Positions 56,766-64,000 of a stretch of 64,000 nt of DNA are shown here, piece by piece. Source of the stretch: Faecalibacterium sp. (GTDB taxonomy: Bacteria > Bacillota > Clostridia > Oscillospirales > Ruminococcaceae); the NCBI GenBank assembly GCA_044426225.1, contig JAWXUQ010000001.1, forward strand, positions 46,173 through 110,172. Direction: 5' to 3'. How positions within the stretch are numbered: the first letter of the stretch is position 1; each line of letters opens with the position of its first letter. A program made the translations under genes and the position numbers. The notes beneath the pieces are model-generated. The model did no database searches. It worked only from the letters and a program-made list of their open reading frames with translations, and was not told the origin of the DNA.

Positions 56766-57692
56766 ATGAAAAAATCAAATCTTGTCAAACAACAAGTGCA
56801 AGAAGATAAAGTGGTGGTGTTCCCCCACGTTGCAGAGGGCACAAGCGCGAAAAGGCAAGCCCCTGCGCGGGAAGGCGCCATTGCATCTATTCAGCGGCAT
56901 TTTAATAATTTCTGGCGCTATCGCTATCTGCTAGAAAATTTAGTTATGCGTGATTTTAAATTGCGTTATCGTCGCAGTGTGCTCGGTGTTGCGTGGAGCG
57001 TGCTGAACCCTTTGCTGATGTGCCTTGTGTATTGGGTGGTGTTTTGCAGCTTGCTTCCGGGCATGCGTGGGGACGGCATTGAAAACTTTGCGGTGTTCCT
57101 ATTGTGCGGGCAGCTGCTCTTTGGCTTTTTTGGTGAATCCACCAACAACAGCATGAATAGTATGCTTGGCGCGGCGCCCTTGCTGAAAAAGGTGTATATT
57201 CCGAAATATATTTTCCCGCTCGAAAAATGCTGCTTTGGCATGGTGAATACTTTCTTTAGTTTTATCGCGCTATTGCTCGTCATGCTGTTCACGGGCAATG
57301 CCATCCGTTGGACGGTAGTGCTTGCGATTTATCCGCTGATTACCCTCTTTTTCTTTACCCTTGGGGTCAGTCTTGCGCTTGCGGCATTTACGGTGTTTTT
57401 CCGTGATGTCATGCACATGTGGACGGTATTCACCACCGCGCTGATGTATTTTTCCGCCATTTTCTATGACCCAACTCAGATGAGCGCTCTATTTGGTGGA
57501 TTCAGTCTCCAGACTTTGATTTTATTCAACCCTATTTATTGGTACATCACAGCCTTCCGTACCACCGTCATGAGTGGCGAAGTGCTCACCTTTAGCATGG
57601 TTTGGGTTTGCGGGCTTTGCGCTGTGATTTCCATGGTGGTTGGCAGCGTTATTTTCAATAAAACACAGGACAAATTTGTCCTTCATATTTAA
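56766..57692 (+). CDS. ABC-2 type polysaccharide/teichoic-acid export permease (Wzm/TagG-like)
   Basis: Contains ...LVMRDFKLRYRRSVLGVAWSVLNPLLM (ABC-2 signature) and six TM helices. Confidence 0.85.
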   Translation: MKKSNLVKQQVQEDKVVVFPHVAEGTSAKRQAPAREGAIASIQRHFNNFWRYRYLLENLVMRDFKLRYRRSVLGVAWSVLNPLLMCLVYWVVFCSLLPGMRGDGIENFAVFLLCGQLLFGFFGESTNNSMNSMLGAAPLLKKVYIPKYIFPLEKCCFGMVNTFFSFIALLLVMLFTGNAIRWTVVLAIYPLITLFFFTLGVSLALAAFTVFFRDVMHMWTVFTTALMYFSAIFYDPTQMSALFGGFSLQTLILFNPIYWYITAFRTTVMSGEVLTFSMVWVCGLCAVISMVVGSVIFNKTQDKFVLHI

Positions 57693-57703
57693 GCGGGAGG
57701 GCA

Positions 57704-58453
57704 ATGCAGTTGGAACCAATTATTCAAGTGGAAAACATTTCGATGCATTTCAACCTTTCCAGTGAAAAGCATGAAAGCATGAAAGAATATTTCCTTGCCA
57801 TGGTGCAAGGGCGCCTACATTATAACGAGTTTCATGCCCTAGAAAACGTCAGCCTTGATATTATGCCGGGCGATTTTTATGGGCTTGTCGGTTTAAATGG
57901 CAGTGGCAAATCTACCTTGCTCAAGGTGATTGCGGGGGTGTACAAGCCCACCTATGGTCGCGTGATGGTCAATGGCACCATTGCACCCCTCATTGAGCTT
58001 GGCGCAGGCTTTGATATGGATTTGACCGCCCGCGAGAACATTTACCTCAATGGTACGGTGCTCGGCTTTTCGCCAAAGTACATCACTGAAAAATTCGATG
58101 AAATCGTGGAATTTAGCGAACTGCAAGAATTTTTAGATGTGCCACTCAAGAATTATTCTTCGGGCATGGTTGCGCGTATCGCCTTTGCAATTGCCACCAT
58201 GACGAAGCCCGATATCTTGATTGCAGATGAAATCTTATCGGTAGGTGATTTCCTTTTTCAGCAAAAATGCGAAGCGCGTATGCAGAGCTTGATGGATGCC
58301 GGTACAACGGTTATCTTTGTTTCTCATTCGATTGAGCAGGTGGAGCGCATGTGCAATAAAGTCGCATGGATTAGCCATGGACATTTAAAGATGAATGGAG
58401 ATACCGAAACGGTGTGCGAAGCATATAAACTCGCACAGCGCACAGAAGAATAA
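57704..58453 (+). CDS. Polysaccharide/teichoic-acid export ATP-binding protein (Wzt/TagH-like, short form)
   Basis: Walker A GLNGSGKST, signature YSSGMVARIAF and Walker B ILIADEILSVGD. At 249 aa there is no C-terminal glycan-binding domain. Confidence 0.9.
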   Translation: MQLEPIIQVENISMHFNLSSEKHESMKEYFLAMVQGRLHYNEFHALENVSLDIMPGDFYGLVGLNGSGKSTLLKVIAGVYKPTYGRVMVNGTIAPLIELGAGFDMDLTARENIYLNGTVLGFSPKYITEKFDEIVEFSELQEFLDVPLKNYSSGMVARIAFAIATMTKPDILIADEILSVGDFLFQQKCEARMQSLMDAGTTVIFVSHSIEQVERMCNKVAWISHGHLKMNGDTETVCEAYKLAQRTEE

Positions 58454-58458
58454 TGCCG

Positions 58459-58505
58459 CAGCCCGAGTAAAGTGCTTTGTTGAAAGTGCGCTCGGGTTGT
58501 TTTTG
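58459..58505 (+). terminator. Terminator-like hairpin after the wzt-like gene
   Basis: CAGCCCGAG...CTCGGGTTG followed by TTTTTG. It may only attenuate transcription, because glycosyltransferase genes follow. Confidence 0.5.
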
Positions 58506-58600
58506 TGGGTGCGGTGATTTTTCAGGCGGCACACAGAAATAAAAATGAATACACACGCAAACAGGTGGATGCCTTTGCGCGATAAGAAAGGGTTGATCAC

Positions 58601-60493
58601 ATGGCAAAGCAGAAAGAAACCATTATACAAAATGCAGACGTTGCAAAGCAAGATACCCTTGGTGCGATGCTCTGCCGTTTGCTGAACCCCGCGCATTTAA
58701 AAAGGCTTTGTGGGCGGTTTGGCACAACCCTACGGGAAGAAGGCGCTGACCAAGTCTGGCGCGATATCACCTTCCGCGTTTGCCTTGCGATGAAGCATGA
58801 CCAATGGCAGCACCGTGCAGATTTGCCCACCCGCCTGCGGATTAAGCGCCAAAAAGCAACCCCATTGCAGGGCGAAACCATCAGCATTGTGGTACCACTT
58901 TATAACACCCCTGCGCGTTTTTTGCGCGAGTTGCTTGCCAGTGTGGCAGCGCAGACCTACCCCAACTGGCAGCTATGCCTCGTGGATGCTTCAGATGTAG
59001 CGCATGCTGATGTAGGCAAGACCTGCTTGGCAGCAGTGGCAAAAGACGCGCGCATTTGCTATCAGAAGCTAGCAGAAAATAAGGGCATTGCGGGCAACAC
59101 CAATGAGGGCTTCGTCCTTGCGACAGGCGGGTATATCACCCTGCTTGACCATGACGATGTGCTGTACCCCAATGCGCTATATGAAGTGATGGAGCGCATC
59201 TTGCAAACAGGGGCAGAGCTTGTATACAGTGATGAGATTATTCTTTCGGATAACCTCAAAAAGCTGCGTGGCTATCACTTTAAGCCAGACTATGCGCCGG
59301 ACAACCTCAATGGCTGTAATTACATCACCCATCTGTGTGTGTTTGCTCGTGCACTCTTTGAACGTGCGGGCGCGCAGGAATACCCAGAATTTGACGGCGC
59401 ACAGGATTACGATTTGATTTTGCGCTTGACGGAGCATGTTACAAGCCCGGCACATATTAGCCATATCCCCAAAGCCTTTTATACATGGCGCGCGGCGGCG
59501 GGCTCTACTGCTGAAAATTTAGTAGAGGCAAAGCCCTATGCGATTGCCGCGGGCGAACGTGCGATTGCCGCACATTTGCAGCGCATTGGCAGGGCAGCAA
59601 CGGTAGAAAGCGTGCCAGATTGCCCCGGTGCATACCGTGTGCGCTATGCCCTCACAACCGATGAAATGGTCAGCGTGATTATCCCCAACAAAGACCATGC
59701 CGAGGATTTAGACCGTTGCCTCGCTAGTTTTACCGCCAAAGCGGGGTATGAAAATTATGAAATTTTGGTCATTGAAAACAACTCGACCGACCCTGCCACC
59801 TTTGCTTATTATGAAACAATGGCGCAAACTTATCCCAAGGTGCGTCTTGTGCGGTATGAGGGCGCGTTCAATTTCTCTGCCATCAATAACCTTGGTCGCC
59901 GTGCGGCAAAGGGCGCTTATCTGCTGCTGCTGAACAACGATATCGAAATTCTCAGCGATGGCTTTTTGGCAGAGATGCTCAGCTATGCGCAGCGCGAGGA
60001 TGTGGGCGCGGTGGGCGCAAAGCTCTATTATCCAGACGAAACCATTCAGCATGGTGGGGTGATTTTGGGTATCAATGGCAGCGCAGGGCACAGCCATAAG
60101 GGACATAAACGCGATACCCCAGGTGATTTGTATCGCATGGTCACCGCGCAAAACTATCTTGCGGTGACGGGCGCATGTCTGTTGACCAAAACGAGTCTTT
60201 ACGATGCAATGGGTGGTCTTGATGAGGGCGATTTCGCTGTCGCTTATAATGACATTGATTATTGCCTTAAATTATGGGAGGCAGGGTATCTCAATGTCTT
60301 TACCCCCTATGCAGATGCCTATCACTACGAAAGCAAAAGCCGTGGTTTAGATGCCAATACTGAAAATGAGGCGCGATATGCGCACGAAAAGGCGGCATTC
60401 CAAAGCCGTTGGGGACATTACCTGCCCGAAGGAGCTGACCCTTACTATAACATTCATTTTAATATCTTATTTGAAAATTTTGGTTTGAAATAA
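58601..60493 (+). CDS. Dual-domain family-2 glycosyltransferase (GT2-GT2)
   Basis: Two GT2 modules are present: ISIVVPLYNTPARFLRELLASVAAQTYPNW...LDHDD and VSVIIPNKDH...ILVIENNSTD...LLLNNDIE, with the second carrying a ...YHYES motif. Confidence 0.85.
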   Translation: MAKQKETIIQNADVAKQDTLGAMLCRLLNPAHLKRLCGRFGTTLREEGADQVWRDITFRVCLAMKHDQWQHRADLPTRLRIKRQKATPLQGETISIVVPLYNTPARFLRELLASVAAQTYPNWQLCLVDASDVAHADVGKTCLAAVAKDARICYQKLAENKGIAGNTNEGFVLATGGYITLLDHDDVLYPNALYEVMERILQTGAELVYSDEIILSDNLKKLRGYHFKPDYAPDNLNGCNYITHLCVFARALFERAGAQEYPEFDGAQDYDLILRLTEHVTSPAHISHIPKAFYTWRAAAGSTAENLVEAKPYAIAAGERAIAAHLQRIGRAATVESVPDCPGAYRVRYALTTDEMVSVIIPNKDHAEDLDRCLASFTAKAGYENYEILVIENNSTDPATFAYYETMAQTYPKVRLVRYEGAFNFSAINNLGRRAAKGAYLLLLNNDIEILSDGFLAEMLSYAQREDVGAVGAKLYYPDETIQHGGVILGINGSAGHSHKGHKRDTPGDLYRMVTAQNYLAVTGACLLTKTSLYDAMGGLDEGDFAVAYNDIDYCLKLWEAGYLNVFTPYADAYHYESKSRGLDANTENEARYAHEKAAFQSRWGHYLPEGADPYYNIHFNILFENFGLK

Positions 60494-60524
60494 GTAATCG
60501 CAGAAGGATGAAGAGGAAAGCATT

Positions 60525-62384
60525 ATGCATTTAAAAATTAAACGCATTCGCGAACTGTTTGGCTATGCCATCGCCCTCACCAAAGAGCAGGGCTTGTTTG
60601 GGATGCTAGGGCGCGGCGCAGGCTTTTTCCGCCGTCGCTTTTTCGGTAAAAAAGCGCGTTATCTGCCCACAAAACAGGTGCTTGCCGCGCAGCGCGATGA
60701 AACAGCGGCAGAGGGTTATGCTGCGCAGTATCCTGTCATCAGTGTGCTGACCCCGCTGTATAACACCCCGCCCAAAATGCTGCGTGATTTTTTAGACTCG
60801 CTGCGCAATCAAACCGCACCCAACTGGCAGCTTTGTCTTGCGGATGCATCAGACGATGCTCATGCTGAGGTGGGGCAGATTGTGGCGGAGTATATGGCGA
60901 AAGACGCGCGTTTTGCCTATTGCAAAATTGCAAACGATGGGATTTCGCAAAATACCAATGCGGCGGCAGCCCTTGCGAAGGGTGAGTATCTTGCCCTCGC
61001 AGACCATGATGATATTTTGGCACCTCATGCCATTTATACTGTCACGAAAGCGATTGCGCATGCACGGGAAAATGGCACAGAGGATGGCTTCTTTTACAGT
61101 GACGAAGCACTCTTTGCCAAAAGCATTCAGCGCCCCATGGTGGGGCATTTCAAGCCGGATTTTGCCCTTGATTATCTGCTGTGCTGTAATTACATCTGCC
61201 ATTTGGCTGTGTTCAAAAAATCTATTTTCGATGCCATTGGCGGTGAGCGCAAGGAATGTGATGGCAGCCAAGATTTCGATTTGTTCCTGCGGATTTTAGC
61301 CCACACCAAAACGGCGGTGCACATCCCAGAGGTGCTCTACTATTGGCGGGTACATGCCGCGTCTACCAGTGGTGGTGTGGCGGCAAAACCCTATGTGGCA
61401 GCGGCAGCGAAAAAAGCGCTTGCGGATTATTTGGTGGCCACGGGGCAGCAGGGCGAAGTTTGCGATGGCCTATTCCCCAGTACCTACCGCGTAAAATGGG
61501 AGATTGAGGGCACACCCAAGGTCAGCATTTTAATCCCGAATAAAGACCACACTGATGATTTAGAAACCTGCCTTGCTAGCATTTACAAAGAAACCACTTG
61601 GCAGAATTTTGAAGTGATTGTCATTGAAAACAACTCCACTGACCCTGTTACCTTTGATTACTACAAGCAAGCAGAGGAACGCTATCCCAATTTGCAGGTG
61701 GTGCAGTATCAGGCGGAGGGCGGATTTAATTTCTCCGCCATCAATAACTTTGGGCGGGCGGCAGCAAGCGGCGATTATCTGCTGCTGCTGAACAATGATG
61801 TCGAGGTGATGCCTGGTGATGGCGATTGGCTCGCAGAAATGCTGCGTCAGCTTGCCCGCAAAGAGGGCGGTGCGCTCTGTGGTGCCATGCTCTATTACCC
61901 AGACGGTACCCTGCAACATGCTGGGGTCATCACAGGGCTTGGCGGCTATGCAGGGCACAGCCATAAATACGCAAAGCAAGGCGGCAGTGGCTATATGTTC
62001 CGCGCGGCAACGGTGCAGAACTTCTCTGCGGTTACGGCGGCCTGCCTGCTTGTTCAGGCGGAGGTGTACGATGCCCTTGGCGGGCTAGACGAAGCCTTTA
62101 CCGTGGCATTTAACGATGTCGATTTCTGCCTGCGCGCGCGGGATGCAGGGCACCGCATTATCTGGACACCCTACGCAAAGCTCACCCATTACGAAAGCAA
62201 AAGCCGTGGGCTAGACGAAAAGGATGCCGCAAAAAAAGCTCGCTTTGATGGCGAACGTGCGCGGCTCTATGCGCAGCACACCCGCGCGGGTATCCTCGCA
62301 GACCCATACTATAACCCTAGCCTGACCAAGGATAGAGAAGATTTTTCAGAGAGTGACGATTTGCGCAACTTAAAGAACCCGTAA
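60525..62384 (+). CDS. Dual-domain family-2 glycosyltransferase (GT2-GT2), tandem paralog
   Basis: Same architecture and collinear motifs as the upstream gene: ISVLTPLYNTPPKMLRDFLDSLRNQTAPNW...ADHDD, VSILIPNKDH...VIVIENNSTD...LLLNNDVE and ...THYES. Confidence 0.85.
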   Translation: MHLKIKRIRELFGYAIALTKEQGLFGMLGRGAGFFRRRFFGKKARYLPTKQVLAAQRDETAAEGYAAQYPVISVLTPLYNTPPKMLRDFLDSLRNQTAPNWQLCLADASDDAHAEVGQIVAEYMAKDARFAYCKIANDGISQNTNAAAALAKGEYLALADHDDILAPHAIYTVTKAIAHARENGTEDGFFYSDEALFAKSIQRPMVGHFKPDFALDYLLCCNYICHLAVFKKSIFDAIGGERKECDGSQDFDLFLRILAHTKTAVHIPEVLYYWRVHAASTSGGVAAKPYVAAAAKKALADYLVATGQQGEVCDGLFPSTYRVKWEIEGTPKVSILIPNKDHTDDLETCLASIYKETTWQNFEVIVIENNSTDPVTFDYYKQAEERYPNLQVVQYQAEGGFNFSAINNFGRAAASGDYLLLLNNDVEVMPGDGDWLAEMLRQLARKEGGALCGAMLYYPDGTLQHAGVITGLGGYAGHSHKYAKQGGSGYMFRAATVQNFSAVTAACLLVQAEVYDALGGLDEAFTVAFNDVDFCLRARDAGHRIIWTPYAKLTHYESKSRGLDEKDAAKKARFDGERARLYAQHTRAGILADPYYNPSLTKDREDFSESDDLRNLKNP

Positions 62385-62408
62385 TGGCGACCTGTGGTCG
62401 CCCGTTCA
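62380..62408. repeat. REP-like palindromic element (CGTAATGGCGACC-TGT-GGTCGCCCGTTCAT) overlapping the glycosyltransferase stop codon
   Basis: Family member. It fills most of the 54-nt spacer before xpt. Confidence 0.8.
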
Positions 62409-62438
62409 TTTACCACACAACCCACAAGGAGAAGAATT

Positions 62439-63017
62439 ATGAAAGAAATGGAAGAACGCATTGTAACAGATGGCAACGTACGCGCAGGTAATATTTTGAA
62501 GGTGGATTCCTTCCTCAATCATCAGATGGACGTTGCCTTTTTAGACAAAGTCGGTGCGGAGTTCTATCGCTTATACAAAGACGAAGGGATTACCAAAATC
62601 ATCACCATCGAAGCCTCAGGCATTGCGATTGCTTGTATGGCAGCGCGTTATTTTGACGTCCCAGTTGTCTTTGCTAAAAAAGCAAAAAGCCGCAACCTAG
62701 ACGGCGATTTGTTCACCAGTAAGGTTGTTTCCTTTACCTATGGCAAGGAATATACCATCACTCTTTCGCAGAAATTCTTGAATGAAAATGACCACGTGTT
62801 AATCATTGATGATTTCCTTGCGGACGGCATGGCGATGGATGGTCTTGTGGATATCTGCACCCAAGCGGGCGCAAGCATTGCAGGCTGTGGCATCTGTATC
62901 GAAAAAGGCTTTCAGCCTGGTGGCGCACGTTTGCGCGCCAAAGGCTTGCGCATTGAGAGCCTTGCCATCGTAGAAAGCATGACGGACGATGGCGGCATTA
63001 CCTTCCGTGCACAGTAA
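62439..63017 (+). CDS. xpt: Xanthine phosphoribosyltransferase
   Basis: Close to my recollection of B. subtilis Xpt (LKVDSFLNHQMD, GITKIITIEASGIA, VLIIDDFLADG, AGASIAGCGICIEKGFQPG). Confidence 0.9.
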   Translation: MKEMEERIVTDGNVRAGNILKVDSFLNHQMDVAFLDKVGAEFYRLYKDEGITKIITIEASGIAIACMAARYFDVPVVFAKKAKSRNLDGDLFTSKVVSFTYGKEYTITLSQKFLNENDHVLIIDDFLADGMAMDGLVDICTQAGASIAGCGICIEKGFQPGGARLRAKGLRIESLAIVESMTDDGGITFRAQ

Positions 63018-63138
63018 AATACGCGTTGATTAAGCACCGCCTGCTTTGAACGCTTAGCGGGATATTTGTGTTCCTGTCAGAGGGAAAGCATTTGCTGTGT
63101 GTTATCATCTAACGAAATAAATCAAAGGAGCTGTCGCT

Positions 63139-63669
63139 ATGAATATCCTAGGGCATTTTCATACCATCACTGCCCACAAATGGCGGGTGATGAAATATTG
63201 CTTTGCCTCTGGGCTGTATTGGCAGGGGCTCATGCATGATTTAAGTAAGTATGCCTTGGTAGAGTTTTGCCCTGGGGCAAAATATTATCAGGGCAACCGC
63301 AGCCCCAACGAAATTGAGCGGATAGAACGCGGTTATTCTGCGGCATGGCTGCATCATAAGGGGCGCAATAAGCACCATATCGAATATTGGATTGATTACA
63401 CCCCCACAGGTGACCACCACATGGGCGGGATGAAAATCCCAGAGCGCTATGTGTATGAAATGATTTGTGACCGCGTTGCTGCCAGTGAAATCTACTTAAA
63501 GGATGCCTATACCCAAGAGGCCGCTCTTGCTTATTATGAGCGGGGCAAGGGGCATTACATGCTGCACCCCGAAACGCGCGCCCTGTTAGAAGAGCTGTTG
63601 ATTATGGTGGCGCAGCGAGGCGAAGCGGCAACCTTTGCCGAAATCAAGCGTAGATATCGAAGCCGCTAA
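63139..63669 (+). CDS. Conserved hypothetical His-rich protein (possibly DUF5662-like)
   Basis: AAAGGAG RBS. Contains HFHTITAHKWRVMKYCFASGLYWQGLMHDLSKY...HHKGRNKHHIEYW. The family name is from memory and unverified. Confidence 0.45.
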   Translation: MNILGHFHTITAHKWRVMKYCFASGLYWQGLMHDLSKYALVEFCPGAKYYQGNRSPNEIERIERGYSAAWLHHKGRNKHHIEYWIDYTPTGDHHMGGMKIPERYVYEMICDRVAASEIYLKDAYTQEAALAYYERGKGHYMLHPETRALLEELLIMVAQRGEAATFAEIKRRYRSR

Positions 63670-63705
63670 GGTGCTTGTATCATCCCGTAGCCTTGTACCG
63701 CTCAA

Positions 63706-63736
63706 TGTACGGACAACCTGCGGTCGCCCGCGTGCG
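63706..63736. repeat. REP-like palindromic element (TGTACGGACAACC-TGC-GGTCGCCCGCGTGCG), degenerate left arm
   Basis: Family member, intergenic. Confidence 0.65.
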
Positions 63737-63770
63737 TTGCACAAATCTTAAAAAAGGAAGATAAAACCCT

Positions 63771-64000
63771 ATGAACATCATTGACGCACATCTCCATATT
63801 TTCAAAGAAAATGACCCATGGGCAAAGCCAATCGCCACTCGCTGTGGCAATACCCTTGCCGAAGGCTTTTTAATCGAAGAATGCAAAAAAACCAATATCG
63901 TTCATGGCATTGTCATGGGCAACTTTGCCCCCACTCCAGAGGAATATTCCTTTGACCCCATGTTCCACTATTGTGTGGGGCTAGACAGTGCCTTGATTGA
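63771..64000 (+). CDS. Amidohydrolase-family (TIM-barrel metal-dependent hydrolase) protein; 3' end lies outside the window
   Basis: The frame is open from ATG 63771 to the window end. It begins MNIIDAHLHIF (the metal-binding HxH motif at the N-terminus of amidohydrolase_2 proteins). AAGGAAG lies upstream. Confidence 0.6.
   Translation, partial: MNIIDAHLHIFKENDPWAKPIATRCGNTLAEGFLIEECKKTNIVHGIVMGNFAPTPEEYSFDPMFHYCVGLDSALI

Noticed and set aside
1-64000. A search for mobile-element, prophage, CRISPR-Cas, restriction-modification, Abi, retron, CBASS-type defence genes, and for tRNA or rRNA genes.
   Set aside because: No ORF of at least 60 aa shows integrase, transposase, recombinase, Cas, methyltransferase, reverse-transcriptase, nuclease-NTPase or phage structural signatures. 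No tRNA-like T-loop or acceptor pattern, no rRNA segment and no repeat-spacer array was seen. Apart from mazF, the window looks like core chromosome.

Overview
This 64-kb window looks like chromosome from a spore-forming Firmicute, probably class Clostridia. Supporting genes are dpaAB, ireB, a T-box-controlled pheST, a glgBCDA operon and an EndoA-type mazF. It is densely coding, with about 58 CDS, mostly housekeeping or carbohydrate and envelope functions.

Gene order, left to right:
- A Cthe_2159-like beta-helix protein (5' end outside the window), a YabE-like DUF348/G5/3D protein, and a large GT-C-like membrane protein.
- glgB-glgC-glgD-glgA, then a C39-like peptidase.
- An Opp/Dpp-type ABC importer in the order SBP-D-F-B-C, then udk.
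- A visibly lower-GC block holding a YesM/YesN-type two-component system, a CUT1 sugar ABC importer, a GH88 hydrolase and pgi.
- A second C39-like peptidase, an orphan PTS EIIC, and a GH25 muramidase with an (Ala-Thr)n linker.
- ireB, pheT and pheS with a T-box leader, then an ABC-2 exporter.
- acpS, followed by a decayed segment: a URO-D-family remnant, a mazF with no antitoxin, repeats, a ThuA-like gene and a sulfatase pseudogene.
- An ArsC/Spx-family gene, murC, cca, an amidase_3 gene, coaBC and coaX, dpaA and dpaB, and a DD-carboxypeptidase.
- An ABC-transporter-dependent glycan locus (rmlC, wzm/wzt-like genes, two tandem double-GT2 genes).
- xpt, a His-rich hypothetical protein, and a partial amidohydrolase.

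I found no rRNA, tRNA, CRISPR array, integrase, transposase, phage genes, canonical defence system or biosynthetic cluster.

The features the gene list does not explain are:
1. A REP-like palindromic element family (consensus about GTAGGGGCGACC-TGT-GGTCGCCCG) with at least 8 intergenic copies. Three of them sit between the pheS T-box terminator and the pheS start codon.
2. An intact EndoA/MazF toxin with no antitoxin ORF, followed by a 69-bp direct repeat that brackets a highly structured module of about 150 nt.
3. A gene-decay hotspot at about 42.6-45.9 kb.
4. A start-less (Asn-X)n-periodic microsatellite that is open in all frames and in frame with the ArsC-family gene.
5. A triple 19-bp tandem repeat in the divergent promoter region between the two-component system and the ABC importer.
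6. Near-identical terminator modules with compensatory changes flanking the GT-C gene.

None of these is proven to be a new system. The mazF region is my best candidate, and it remains speculative.
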